Counted from the stretch's first letter, positions 42,701 through 53,034 are shown. The stretch is DNA of 64,000 nt from Desulfobacterales bacterium (GCA_963674755.2 CAXXVS010000001.1:128001-192000); one strand, 5' to 3'. Notes: generated by a model from the letters alone, not told the origin. Translations and numbers: made by a program.

Positions 42701-43849
42701 ATGTCCGAAAACAAAAATAAAATCCGACTTATTCTGATCATCACGCTGCTCCTCGCCGCCGGTTTTCTGGCAACCAGCCTGGCCAGCTACTATGTAGCCC
42801 GGGCGGCCTTGCGCTCAGAAATCGCGCGCAACGAACTGCCCCTGACCAGCGACAGCATCTACTCCGAAATCCGTCATGATCTGCTGCGGCCGGTATTCAT
42901 TTCTTCGTTGATGGCCACCGACACCTTCCTGCGGGACTGGGTGATCGGGGGCGAGATCGACAAAGACAGGATCGTCAAATACCTCAAAGAAATCCAGGTG
43001 AAGCACGGCACGTACACGAGTTTCTTCGTTTCCGAAAAATCCCGCATTTATTACCATGCGGACGGCATTTTAAAAAAGGTCTCACCGGATGAGGCGCGCG
43101 ACCGCTGGTATTTCCGGGTCCGGGAAATGGCGGATGATTATGAAATCAATGTCGATCCCGATATGGCCAACCAGGATGCCATGACCATTTTCGTCAATTA
43201 TCGCGTCTATGATTACGACCACCACTATATCGGCGCCACCGGGGTGGGGTTGACCGTGGGGGCCGTGAAGGCGCTGATCAAAACCTACCAGGAACGATAT
43301 AACCGCACGATCTATTTCGTGGATCGGCAAGGCGTTGTAAAACTGGCCGGATTCGGATTCGACCCCACGGCCCCAAACATCTCCCAGTTACCTTTTTTTA
43401 CACAGCTTAAGGAGGAGGGAAACGGCTCTCCTCATCGGTCGCTGCGCTACGAAAAAGACGGCCATGTGACGCACGCCTACATTCGCACCATCGATGAATT
43501 CGACTGGTATCTCGTCGTGGAGCAGCCGGAGACGGAAACCATCCGGCAGATCCATACGACCCTTCTCGCCAACCTGGGTGTTTGTATCGCCGTAACCCTC
43601 GTGGTCCTGGCCCTGATCAACGCCGCCGTGAGCGCCTATCAGAAAAGGATCGAAACCCTGCGGGGCATCGTCCCGATCTGCTCCTATTGCAAGCAGATCC
43701 GGGACGACAAGGGCTACTGGAACAAAGTCGAGGAATATGTCAGCCAGCATACCGACGCCAAGTTCAGCCACTCCATCTGCCCTGCCTGCCTGCAGGAGCA
43801 TTTCCCCCGGGAATACGAGGCGATTCAAGAAAAAAACGACCGGCCGTAA
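42701..43849 (+). CDS. Membrane Cache-domain sensor with short C-terminal Cys/His putative zinc-binding domain
   Basis: TM-Cache(RDRWYF..IFVNYRV..GATGVG)-TM, then ICSYCKQIRD..W...E.Y......FSHSICPAC; no kinase or GGDEF domain. Confidence 0.8.
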   Translation: MSENKNKIRLILIITLLLAAGFLATSLASYYVARAALRSEIARNELPLTSDSIYSEIRHDLLRPVFISSLMATDTFLRDWVIGGEIDKDRIVKYLKEIQVKHGTYTSFFVSEKSRIYYHADGILKKVSPDEARDRWYFRVREMADDYEINVDPDMANQDAMTIFVNYRVYDYDHHYIGATGVGLTVGAVKALIKTYQERYNRTIYFVDRQGVVKLAGFGFDPTAPNISQLPFFTQLKEEGNGSPHRSLRYEKDGHVTHAYIRTIDEFDWYLVVEQPETETIRQIHTTLLANLGVCIAVTLVVLALINAAVSAYQKRIETLRGIVPICSYCKQIRDDKGYWNKVEEYVSQHTDAKFSHSICPACLQEHFPREYEAIQEKNDRP

Positions 43850-44356
43850 GCGTTCTCATGCGATGCGTCGAAATCGATAGCGCCATCGGAACCTAAGCAT
43901 CAAGGAAGTCCTGCCTGTCTCCCCAAGCGCTTCAATTGCCGTATTTCTGTTGAGTTGCACCGCTCGGAAAAAGCTTTGGATCCATGGGGCATGCCTGCAA
44001 ATAAAGGCATAATGCCCTGCGGACAGTGCACCCGATCGACATTGTTCCCCGTAACATCTTGAAATAACGCTTTATGAGTTCACCCATAGGGCGCTTGCTG
44101 AAAAATACAAAGATCCTGAATTCATGGAAACAAAATGCCTTCGGAATCGCATTTCGTAAACTGGTCCTCAACATTCTGGATAAGCGTGATCAAATCAAAA
44201 AGTTAGATTCAAGCAATGTTAGCGGCACTGATTAGATCTCGGGACCGACATCCGGGATGATCAGGTTTCTATCTACCTGACGTGTTGTAACCCATCTTCC
44301 TTCCTCTGCCACATCGTTAGCATTACGCATTCCAGTTGGCCGCTGACGAATCCAAG

Positions 44357-44412
44357 TTGACAGCTTCCTGTTTGGCGTTATATTGGATTTAATTAATGAC
44401 CGACCGGTCAGT
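44357..44412 (+). promoter_or_regulatory. Sigma70-type promoter and probable TetR autoregulatory operator
   Basis: TTGACA 44357, TATATT 44379 (16 bp); palindrome TGACCG-AC-CGGTCA at 44397-44410. Confidence 0.65.
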
Positions 44413-44437
44413 ATTGGTAATCACCGGAGGAAATCTT

Positions 44438-45061
44438 TTGGCGCGCAAAGCCGATCCCAACCGCCGAAAAGCCATCCTGGACGCCGCGGCCCGCGTTTTC
44501 GCCCAAAAAGGGTATGCCGCGGCCCGCATCATCGAAGTGGCCCAGGCCGCCGCGGTGGGCAAGGGCACCATCTATGCCTACTACCGCAGCAAGGAGGAAT
44601 TGTTCTTTGCGGTTTTCGAAAGCATGATGCTGGAGGCGGGAGAAACCATTGCCGCGGCGGCCGGGCAGTTGGAGGGTTCCTTTGCCGAGCGCATGCGAAC
44701 GCTCTCGGATGGCATCATCCGGTCCTGGCTCGGGCAGCTCGACATGTATGCTCTGGTCATGGAGTTCTGGTCGGCCACGGCCTCTTCTCCCAGCCGGGAG
44801 CAGTTCAAGACGGTTTTCCAAAAAGGTTATCGTCACTTGCGCACCGTGGTGGGCACTTTGATCACGGATGCCAAGGCCAGCGGCGACGTGGCGGCCCATT
44901 GCGATGCCGGCCGGATCGCCTCCGCCCTGGTGGGCACCTGGGATGCGCTCCTGCTGCAAGCCTGGCTGGACCCGGCCTTCGACGCCCTGACGACCTCGCG
45001 GGCCTTCATGGAGGTGATCTTGCAGGGGCTGCGTCCCGTGTCGAAAGCTAGTTCGTCATAA
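44438..45061 (+). CDS. TetR/AcrR family transcriptional regulator
   Basis: ILDAAARVFAQKGY...VAQAAAVGKGTIYAYYRSKEELF; TTG start after GGAGG (ATG 44396 lies in the operator). Confidence 0.93.
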   Translation: MARKADPNRRKAILDAAARVFAQKGYAAARIIEVAQAAAVGKGTIYAYYRSKEELFFAVFESMMLEAGETIAAAAGQLEGSFAERMRTLSDGIIRSWLGQLDMYALVMEFWSATASSPSREQFKTVFQKGYRHLRTVVGTLITDAKASGDVAAHCDAGRIASALVGTWDALLLQAWLDPAFDALTTSRAFMEVILQGLRPVSKASSS

Positions 45062-45158
45062 AATGTCTGCAAGCTACATTAGGTTTGATATTACAGTGTC
45101 AGCTTTGGCGGAAATCCTTAAATGCACGGGTGAAATGTAATTCCGATATGAAATAATA

Positions 45159-45362
45159 GTTCATTTTCTTCCTCGTGGAAGAAAACGAACCAAAAGAAGA
45201 CGCCCGTGTCCCGCGGCCCCTGCGGGGCTATCCTGCGCGTCGTCGACACGGCCGGAGGGCGCGGAAACTCGCCCCGCCTTCGCTAAAGCTATGGCGGGAC
45301 TCAGACAGTCCGCACCCTTTTGCCCGGCCGCATCGCCGATGCTCGGCGCGGGACAAAGGGGA
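45159..45362. repeat. Long structured intergenic element, family B (copy 2)
   Basis: Same architecture and core as 37208-37406 with compensatory stem changes. Confidence 0.85.
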
Positions 45363-45459
45363 TCACTTCAAAACCATCAGGGCTTAATAAAGGCCCCTTT
45401 CCGGGTGCTGCCCAACTTCTTCCGGGAGACATTCCATTCGCCGGGAAAGAGAGTCGCCA

Positions 45460-46221
45460 ATGAGAATGCACGTCATCCTGACAGTCCTGAGCCTGATGCT
45501 GGCAACGCTGCCGCCGGCCTTCGCCGATACCCCGGATGCGGCCGCTATTATCGAGGCCAGTTTCAACCACTACCGGGGCAAGGCTTCGGTCTCCGATGTG
45601 GAAATGGTCATCCACCGCCCGAGCTGGGAGCGCACCATGCGCATGGACGCCTGGACCAAGGGCACGGACAAGAGCCTGATCCGCATTACGGCCCCGCCCA
45701 AGGACGAGGGCAACGGCACCTTGAAAAAGGGGTCCGAGATGTGGACCTACAATCCCAAGGTCAACCGGGTGATCAAACTGCCGCCGGCCCTGATGTCCCA
45801 ATCCTGGATGGGGTCGGACTTCTCCAACAACGATTTGGCCAAGAGCGACACCATCCTGAACGACTACATCCACACCCTGTTGCGCACCGAAACCCGGGAG
45901 GGCCACACCGTCTACGTGATCAAGTCCATGCCCAAACCGGCCGCACCGGTGGTCTGGGGCATGCAGATCCTCGAGATCCGCGATGACGACATCTTGCTTT
46001 CCGAGGAGTTCTTCGACGAGGATCTGGTGTCGGTCAAGAAAATGACCACCCGGGAAATCCAGATGATGGGCGGTCGCCTGTTCCCCAAGGTCTGGCAGAT
46101 GCAGGAAACGGACAAACAGGATCAGTACACCCTCCTGCGCTATCACGCCCTCGAGTTCAAGGACGATCTCCCGGAGCGCCTGTTCACCCTCAACGCCCTG
46201 AAGACCCAGCAACGGAGATAA
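45460..46221 (+). CDS. LolA-like outer-membrane lipoprotein-sorting protein
   Basis: Signal peptide; APPKDEGNGTLK..MWTYNP..SWMGSDFSNNDL. Confidence 0.85.
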   Translation: MRMHVILTVLSLMLATLPPAFADTPDAAAIIEASFNHYRGKASVSDVEMVIHRPSWERTMRMDAWTKGTDKSLIRITAPPKDEGNGTLKKGSEMWTYNPKVNRVIKLPPALMSQSWMGSDFSNNDLAKSDTILNDYIHTLLRTETREGHTVYVIKSMPKPAAPVVWGMQILEIRDDDILLSEEFFDEDLVSVKKMTTREIQMMGGRLFPKVWQMQETDKQDQYTLLRYHALEFKDDLPERLFTLNALKTQQRR

Positions 46222-46225
46222 GACC

Positions 46226-47473
46226 GTGTCCATCGATATCAAGATGGCCTGGCGCAATATCTGGCGCAATCCCCGCCGGACCCTCCTTACGATCCTGGCC
46301 GTGGCCTTTGCCTGCGTGCTGCTGGTCTTCATGCTCTCCTTCCAGTTCGGCAGCTACGCCACCATGATCAACGCCTCGGTCAAGATTCATACCGGCCAGC
46401 TGCAGGTGCAGGCCCAGGGCTACCAGGACAATCACGACATGCGCCTGGTGATCGCCGACCCGCAACCCGTGGAAAAGGTCCTGGACGGGATTCCCGCCGT
46501 GCAGGCTTACGCACCGCGTGCCCGGGCTTTTGCCCTGGTCTCATCCCAGGCGCGCACCTACGGCGTGCTGGTGGAGGGGGTGGACCCGGCGGCCGAGGCC
46601 CGCGTATCCACTTTGAAGGAGATTGTCCGCCAGGGAAGCTATCTGGACAACGCTCATCCGGACATGGGACGACCCGATGCCCTGATCGGCCATTTGCTGG
46701 CACGCAACCTGAAGGTCGCCCCCGGCGACGAGCTTACCGTGCTGGGCCAGGGCTTCGACGGCTCCATCGCCGCCACGGTGGTGCGCGTCCGGGGGATTTA
46801 CAATTCGGGCCTGGACGATTTCGACCGCAGCGCTATCCAGATTCCCCTGGCCGCCTTCCAGGACATTTTTTCCATGGGGAAGGCGGTTCACGAGGTCGTG
46901 GTCATGGGACGCCATTTATCGGATGCGCCGGCCATCAAAGCCGCCCTGGCGGGCCCCCTGGGCCGCCTGAACGCCGACCCGCCGCTGGTGGTGCTGGACT
47001 GGGAAGAACTCATGCCGGGTCTGCGCCAGGCCATCAACATGGATCTCGTGAGCGGATCGGTGTTTTACCTCATTCTCGTGATGGTGGTGGCCTTCAGCAT
47101 TTTGAACACCTTCCTGATGGCCATCCTGGAGCGTACATACGAGTTCGGTATCCTGATGGCCATGGGCACCAAACCCGGACGGCTGACCCGGCTCGTGCTC
47201 ACCGAATCGGCCGGCATGACCTTGGTGGGGGTGGCCACGGGCATGCTGCTGGGGTGCCTGGTGACCTGGTATTTCATGCGGCACGGCATCCAATTGGGTG
47301 CATCGGAAGTCTCCCGCCAGTTCGGTCTGCCGGATACACTTTACCCGCAGCTCAGCCTGCTTTCGGCCACGGCCGGGCCGCTGGTGGTGCTGATCGTGAC
47401 CCTGCTGGCCGCGCTCTATCCGGCCCTTAAACTGCGCCGGCTGCAGCCGGTGGAGGCCATGCGGCAACGCTAG
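46226..47473 (+). CDS. ABC transporter permease (FtsX/LolE-like)
   Basis: AWRNIWRNPRRT; ILNTFLMAILERTYEFGILMAMG; PVEAMR. Confidence 0.92.
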   Translation: MSIDIKMAWRNIWRNPRRTLLTILAVAFACVLLVFMLSFQFGSYATMINASVKIHTGQLQVQAQGYQDNHDMRLVIADPQPVEKVLDGIPAVQAYAPRARAFALVSSQARTYGVLVEGVDPAAEARVSTLKEIVRQGSYLDNAHPDMGRPDALIGHLLARNLKVAPGDELTVLGQGFDGSIAATVVRVRGIYNSGLDDFDRSAIQIPLAAFQDIFSMGKAVHEVVVMGRHLSDAPAIKAALAGPLGRLNADPPLVVLDWEELMPGLRQAINMDLVSGSVFYLILVMVVAFSILNTFLMAILERTYEFGILMAMGTKPGRLTRLVLTESAGMTLVGVATGMLLGCLVTWYFMRHGIQLGASEVSRQFGLPDTLYPQLSLLSATAGPLVVLIVTLLAALYPALKLRRLQPVEAMRQR

Positions 47474-47664
47474 CAGACCGTGGATAAACGGCGCTTCAGG
47501 CCGAAATGCGGTGTTGTCCCGCGCTGCGGGAGTTCTCATCTGATTCTATGGGCTAAGGTGAGTCCCGCCCTCGCGAAACCGCCGCGGCAACCCTGATGGT
47601 TGCTGCGCATTTCGCATCGGACGGCGCCTTGCCTTTCGACCTGTTGGTTTTCAACAGCCTGCTA
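47471..47664. repeat. MITE-like palindromic element related to family A
   Basis: Arms TAGCAGACCGTGGATAAAC / GTTTTCAACAGCCTGCTA; overlaps upstream TAG stop; inner CGGTGTT...CGCCTTG. Confidence 0.65.
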
Positions 47665-47700
47665 AACGCCGCAACCCGACGAAGGAGCGACAGAGGCAAT

Positions 47701-48930
47701 ATGGTGATGGATATCATGATGGCCTGGCGCAATATCTGGCGCAATCCCCGCCGGACCGCGGTGATCCTGACGGCCGTGGTCATCGGCGTGTGGAGTATGA
47801 TCTTCCTGGGGGCCCTCATGCGCGGGACCCTGGCGGGCATGATCAAAAACGGCATCGATACCCTCACCGGGCATATTCAGATCCACCAGCGCGGCTACCC
47901 GGACGATCCCTCCATCGACTACAATATTGACGACCCGGCGGCTATCGAGCGCGTCCTGGCCGATACCCTGCCTCCCGGCAGCCGATGGTGCCAGCGGGTG
48001 CGGGTGAACGCGGTGGCCAGCAATGCCCGCCACAACAGCGGCGTCACCATGGTGGGCATCGATCCGGCCGCCGAAGCCAAAATGTCCTTTATCGGCGGGG
48101 CCGTTCACCAGGGGCGCTACCTGAAGGCCGACGATGCCCACGGCATCCTGGTGGGGGCTGCCCTGGCGAAGCAGTTCGAAACCCGGCTGGGACACAAACT
48201 GATCCTGATGAGCGAGGATACGACCGGCCAGGTGGCTTCCCGGGCCTTTCGCATCGTGGGCATTTTCCGGGCCGAGATGGCGTCCACGGAGAAAGCCTAT
48301 GTGTTCGTCACCCGGCAGGCGGCCCAGGAGATGCTGCAAATGGGGCCGGCCGTATCGGAGATCGCCGTCATGCTGCCGAAAAACGATATGGCCGCACCGA
48401 TGGCCCATAAGCTCGCCGCCCGGCTGGCCGGACAGGATCTGGACGTGAGGCCCTGGCAGGAGGCGTTGCCCCTGCTGCAAGCCTATCTCCAGATGTACAA
48501 CAGTTTCATCCTGATCTGGTTCGTGGTCGTGTTCGTGGCCATGGGCTTCGGCATCCTCAACACCACCCTGATGGCGGTTTTCGAGCGGATGCGCGAGTTC
48601 GGCCTGCTCAAGGCGCTGGGCATGCGGCCCGGCCGCATCGTCAAAGGCATCCTGACGGAGGGCTTCTTCATCCTGGTCTGCGGACAACTGTTGGGCAACC
48701 TGCTGGGGCTGGCCAGCTGCTGGGCTTTGTCCTTCCACGGCCTGGACCTGTCCGGCCTGGCCCAGGGGGCCGAGTATGCCGGCCTCTCACGGGTGATCTA
48801 TCCGGACATCTGGCTCAAGGATGTGGTCAGCGCCAATCTGGTGGTGCTGCTGCTGGGGCTGGTGGTGTGCCTCTATCCGGCCGTCAAGGCGGCGCGGTTT
48901 ACGCCGGTGGAAGCGATGGCCCACAATTAG
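47701..48930 (+). CDS. ABC transporter permease (FtsX/LolE-like), second subunit
   Basis: AWRNIWRNPRRT; ILNTTLMAVFERMREFG; start set by paralogy with 46226 gene. Confidence 0.92.
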   Translation: MVMDIMMAWRNIWRNPRRTAVILTAVVIGVWSMIFLGALMRGTLAGMIKNGIDTLTGHIQIHQRGYPDDPSIDYNIDDPAAIERVLADTLPPGSRWCQRVRVNAVASNARHNSGVTMVGIDPAAEAKMSFIGGAVHQGRYLKADDAHGILVGAALAKQFETRLGHKLILMSEDTTGQVASRAFRIVGIFRAEMASTEKAYVFVTRQAAQEMLQMGPAVSEIAVMLPKNDMAAPMAHKLAARLAGQDLDVRPWQEALPLLQAYLQMYNSFILIWFVVVFVAMGFGILNTTLMAVFERMREFGLLKALGMRPGRIVKGILTEGFFILVCGQLLGNLLGLASCWALSFHGLDLSGLAQGAEYAGLSRVIYPDIWLKDVVSANLVVLLLGLVVCLYPAVKAARFTPVEAMAHN

Positions 48931-49119
48931 AAGCCAGCTCAAAAAAGTCTTTTGGCCCCATATCGGCGTTGGGCGCTCGCCTTGAGTCCTCGAAATACCG
49001 ATGTATTCCTGCGGCTCACACCCACCGCAAGGAATACATCAGACGGGAAGTCCCGCATAGCGGGAACACTCGCGTCCGCCTTGATCTGGAACCAAAATCC
49101 AGATTTTGAGCTGGCTTCT
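48929..49119. repeat. Long palindromic intergenic element, family A
   Basis: Perfect 16-bp arms AGAAGCCAGCTCAAAA / TTTTGAGCTGGCTTCT; inner CGGCGTT, GTCCTCGAAATAC..GTATTCCTGCGG, CGCCTTG, GAACCAAAA. Confidence 0.85.
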
Positions 49120-49120
49120 G

Positions 49121-49257
49121 GTGACCCGTGCAGGAGCAGCATCTTTTGCCCCAAGCCGGCGTTCTCCACGGGTTTAGCGGCTGCGGCGTACTAGACGCCT
49201 TACCGCAATTGGGCGGCCTTGGCTTGGAACAAAATCTACTACTCCTGCACGGGCCAC
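49121..49257. repeat. Long palindromic intergenic element, family A (abutting previous copy)
   Basis: Arms GTGACCCGTGCAGGAG / CTCCTGCACGGGCCAC (15/16); inner GCATCTTT, CGGCGTT, GCGGCCTTG. Confidence 0.85.
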
Positions 49258-49305
49258 GTGATTTAGTGATGGAATCAAATAAATGATAGAAAGTGTAAGC
49301 TGACC

Positions 49306-49995
49306 ATGAACACGATCGTCGCATGCAACGGCGTTTCCAAGACCTATCGGCAGGGCAAGGTGCAGGTCCAGGCTCTGACGGATATCGACCTGACGGTGGA
49401 AAAAGGCGGGTTCATGGCCCTGGCCGGACCTTCGGGCTCGGGCAAGACCACCCTGCTCAATCTTATCGGCGGGCTGGATACGCCCGACCGCGGTCGGATC
49501 CAGGTGGACGGCAAGTCCTATGAGAACCTCAACGGCGCCGCCATGGCGGACTTGCGCCTGCATACCATCGGCTTCGTCTTCCAGGCCTACAACCTGATTC
49601 CGGTTTTATCGGCCATCGAAAACGTGGAATATGTCATGCTGCTGCAGGGCATCCCGGCCGCCGAGCGGCGGCGGCGGGCCCGGGAGATCCTCGATGTGGT
49701 GGGCCTGGCGGGCAAGCACGGCCGCCGGCCGGCCGAGCTTTCGGGCGGTCAGCAGCAGCGGGTGGCCGTGGCCCGGGCCATCGTGGCCCACCCCGCCATC
49801 GTGCTGGCCGACGAACCCACCGCCAACCTGGATTCGAAAACCGGCGAAAGCCTGCTGGAACTCATGCGGCAAATGAACCGCGAGCGGTCGGTGACCTTTA
49901 TCTTCTCCACCCATGACAAGATGGTGATGGATTACGCCCGCCGCCTGGTGCTGCTGCGGGACGGGCGCATTACCGATGACCATGCCAAAGACTGA
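49306..49995 (+). CDS. ABC transporter ATP-binding protein (LolD/MacB-like)
   Basis: GPSGSGKT, LSGGQQQR, LADEPTANLD. Confidence 0.96.
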   Translation: MNTIVACNGVSKTYRQGKVQVQALTDIDLTVEKGGFMALAGPSGSGKTTLLNLIGGLDTPDRGRIQVDGKSYENLNGAAMADLRLHTIGFVFQAYNLIPVLSAIENVEYVMLLQGIPAAERRRRAREILDVVGLAGKHGRRPAELSGGQQQRVAVARAIVAHPAIVLADEPTANLDSKTGESLLELMRQMNRERSVTFIFSTHDKMVMDYARRLVLLRDGRITDDHAKD

Positions 49996-51355
49996 CCCTT
50001 CACAAGCAGCTCTCAGGCGTCCATGCCGGATTCGGGACCGGACGGTTTACCTGATGCTATGCTTCCTGGTGGGGCTTCTTTTCTGTCGCGCAGTAGTCGG
50101 AGCCGAACCGGACAAGGGCCTGTTCGCCAATCTGGACATGGAATGGGGCGGCTACCTGCGGGCCATCGGCAACGTCAGCTGGCTGGAGGACGATACGATT
50201 TATCAGGTTGTGGGCCATGATCCCTATTACGACGGCCAGTTGGAATGGCGGCTGAAAAACACCCTGAACATGGGCACGCGCTGGTCGCTGGAAACCCACT
50301 ACGAGCTGGTGGCCCTGGGGGGCGATTTTTACGAAGACACCCGCAAGCTGGCCCAGACCCTGCCTTCCGCCGTCTCGGACCTGCTGGTTCCGGCCCAGGT
50401 CATCGAGGACGACTACCGCTTTTTCGATCTGAGCCGGGTGCTCACCGAAAAGGACCGCTACCTGGTCTACAACCGGCTGGACCGCCTCAACCTGACCTAT
50501 AACGCCGATTGGGGCACGGTGCGCCTGGGTCGCCAGGCCCTGACCTGGGGCAACGGCCTGATTTTCAATCCCATGGATCTCTTCGACCCCTTTGCGCCCA
50601 CCGCGGTGCAGCGCGATTACAAGATAGGCGAGGACATGGCCTTTGTGCAGGTTGCCATGGGCCAGGACGGACTGCAGGCGCTCTATATCCCCCGGCGCGA
50701 TCCTCAAACCGGCAACCTGGATGACGCGAATTCCGCATACGCCGCCAAATACCACCTGGTGCTGAGCGAACTGGAAATGGATGTCATGGCCGCCCGCAAC
50801 TTCGACGATCCGGTGGCCGGTCTGGGGGCCAGCGGCTATTGGGGCGGGGCCGCCTGGCGGATCGATGCCCTCTACACCCACCTGACAGGCGACGACAGCC
50901 GTAGCGGTTTCTTCCAGGTGGTGGCCAACATGGACTACGCCTGGATGTGGGGCGGGAAGAATGTCTACGGCCTGGTGGAGTTCTACTACAACGGACTGGG
51001 TCGCACCGGCGACTATGCCAAGGCCCTGACCGAGCAGGCCCTCGTGGAGCGGCTGTCACGGGGTGAGATGTTCACCCTGGGCCGCTACTACCTGGCCGGC
51101 CAGCTGCAGGTGGAGCTGCACCCCCTGGTGCAGTCGCAGACCACGGCCATCGTCAACCTTTCCGACCCCTCGGGCCTGCTGCAGCCCCAGTTCACCTGGA
51201 GCGTGACGGAAAACGTGCAGGCCATTTTGGGCGCCCAGTGGCACTGGGGCAGGCGCGGGAGCGAATTCGGCGGTTATCCGGTGACGGCGGACGGCCTCGA
51301 CATCACGGCGGCGCCCGCGGATCGGGTCTATCTCTGGCTCACCTACTACTATTAG
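49976..51355 (+). CDS. Hypothetical outer-membrane beta-barrel-like protein associated with the ABC operon
   Basis: RLDRL...RLGRQALTWG.G..FNPMD.F; aromatic C-terminus; start uncertain. Confidence 0.7.
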   Translation: MTMPKTDPSQAALRRPCRIRDRTVYLMLCFLVGLLFCRAVVGAEPDKGLFANLDMEWGGYLRAIGNVSWLEDDTIYQVVGHDPYYDGQLEWRLKNTLNMGTRWSLETHYELVALGGDFYEDTRKLAQTLPSAVSDLLVPAQVIEDDYRFFDLSRVLTEKDRYLVYNRLDRLNLTYNADWGTVRLGRQALTWGNGLIFNPMDLFDPFAPTAVQRDYKIGEDMAFVQVAMGQDGLQALYIPRRDPQTGNLDDANSAYAAKYHLVLSELEMDVMAARNFDDPVAGLGASGYWGGAAWRIDALYTHLTGDDSRSGFFQVVANMDYAWMWGGKNVYGLVEFYYNGLGRTGDYAKALTEQALVERLSRGEMFTLGRYYLAGQLQVELHPLVQSQTTAIVNLSDPSGLLQPQFTWSVTENVQAILGAQWHWGRRGSEFGGYPVTADGLDITAAPADRVYLWLTYYY

Positions 51356-51429
51356 CGTCCAAATCCAAATCGGGATCGCATGCAACCGCTGCTGAATGAC
51401 ACCTATTTGGCAGCCGACGGGAAATCATC

Positions 51430-52437
51430 ATGAAACGCGCCATCATCATAAGTACCGGAAGATATCTTCCCGACAACCGCGTCACCAACGACGACCTGAC
51501 CAAACTGATGGACACCACCGACGAGTGGATCCGGCAGCGCACAGGGATCGAGGCCCGCTACTGGGTGAGGGAGGGCGACGATGTGGGCACGTCGGACCTG
51601 GCCCTGGGCGCCTCCCGGATTGCCTTGGAGCGTGCCGGCTGGCAGGCCGACGAGCTGGATTTGATCGTCATGGCCACCATGACCTCGGATACCTATATCC
51701 CGGGGGCCGGCACTCTCCTTCAGCACAAGCTGGGCGGTGGCTATATTCCGGCCCTGGACATCCGCCAGCAGTGCACCGGCTTTCTGCACGGCCTGGAAGT
51801 GTGCGATGCGTATATCCGCAGCGGCCTTGCCGGCAGAATCCTGCTGGTGGGGGCCGACTACCAGAGCCGTTTCATGGAGCATACTACCGAAAATCGCGAT
51901 ACGGCCGTGATCTTTGCCGACGGCGCCGGCGCGGTCTGCATCGAGGCGGCGGAGACCGATCCGGCGGTGGGGATTCTGGGATCGGTCTTCCATGCTGACG
52001 GCCAATACGCTCATAGCCTGCGGGTGGGCATTCCGGCGCGCAAAAGCGGCCATGCCATGGACCCCGAGGTGCTGGCCAACAAGGAATACTTCCCCTACAT
52101 GGACGGCCGGACGGTCTTCAAGATGGCGGTCACCCGTCTGCCGGAGGTGGCCGAGGAGCTGTTTCAAAAAACAGGCTTGCGCCTGGCGGACATCGACCTG
52201 GTGATTCCCCACCAGGCCAATCTCCGCATCAACGAGGCCTTTCGGGACCGCATGCAGCTCCCCCCCGAGAAGATCTACAACAACATCCAGGAATACGGCA
52301 ACACCACCAGCGCTACGATCCCCATCGCCCTGGACGAGCTGATGGAAAAAGGCATGCTAAAATCCGGGGACGATGTGTTGTTTATCGGCTTGGGGGCGGG
52401 GCTGACGTGGGGCGGGGTTTTGTACCGGCTACCATAG
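51430..52437 (+). CDS. fabH: 3-oxoacyl-ACP synthase III family
   Basis: WIRQRTGI, catalytic C (QQCTGF), H (PHQAN), N (YGNTTSA), GAGLTWG. Confidence 0.88.
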   Translation: MKRAIIISTGRYLPDNRVTNDDLTKLMDTTDEWIRQRTGIEARYWVREGDDVGTSDLALGASRIALERAGWQADELDLIVMATMTSDTYIPGAGTLLQHKLGGGYIPALDIRQQCTGFLHGLEVCDAYIRSGLAGRILLVGADYQSRFMEHTTENRDTAVIFADGAGAVCIEAAETDPAVGILGSVFHADGQYAHSLRVGIPARKSGHAMDPEVLANKEYFPYMDGRTVFKMAVTRLPEVAEELFQKTGLRLADIDLVIPHQANLRINEAFRDRMQLPPEKIYNNIQEYGNTTSATIPIALDELMEKGMLKSGDDVLFIGLGAGLTWGGVLYRLP

Positions 52438-52445
52438 GAAGAAAA

Positions 52446-52761
52446 GGATCCAAGGGGTCGAGGGCCCGAGGGCTGAAACCACTAAAACCTTTGCGGCCCT
52501 TCCCAAAACAAAAAATCCTCATTTTTTGTGTGGGCAGCACCCCGGATCGCCAAGAGGCATTGGAATATTTCTTCCGCCTTTTAATCCAGTACCAAGCTTC
52601 AACGTTTGATCCCGCATCGAGTATTCAGCATCCAGAAGCCCGTCATGCCCGACGTGATCGGGCATCCAGCGACCTTGAACCTTTCCGCCATCCTTGAACC
52701 CGACATCACGGATTAAGGGTTTCAATTTAGTTGCCAGCATCCGGCATCCAGTATCCGGTAT
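52446..52761. repeat. Cluster of short tandem repeats and a REP-like hairpin
   Basis: Octamers GGATCCAA GGGGTCGA GGGCCCGA; 4x CCRGYAT at 52734-52761; ATGCCCGA/TCGGGCAT hairpin within 52642-52669. Confidence 0.6.
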
Positions 52762-53034
52762 CAAGCCACTACCACAGCGGGGCGAACATCTTACGTTTCA
52801 TCCCCCAAGTCCTTGTCATCGTGTCGTTTTTCTGGTAAGCGTTTTGGGAATCATCCTCTTGCCGGCTCTCTCCCAAACTCCGCGCAAAGCGGCGCCCAAC
52901 ATGATGCATCGATGCGGTCGCCCTATCGTTATGGCGGCCTGCAAATCCATAGCAAGTTTGCACGAAAAATAGGGCATCCTCCACAGGGAATTGTGCCAAT
53001 GGCCGGTTCAAAATGCCATAACCCATTGGATTTA

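Noticed and set aside
43932..44174. 80-aa minus-strand ORF with a few cysteines as a ferredoxin remnant
   Set aside because: Cys spacing does not fit CxxCxxCxxxCP; no other support
47596..47700. N-terminal extension of the second permease
   Set aside because: Lies largely within the palindromic element; the paralogue indicates a start at 47701
52813..53034. N-terminal 74 codons of the 228-aa integrase ORF
   Set aside because: No recombinase motifs; looks like chance open frame upstream of the breakpoint
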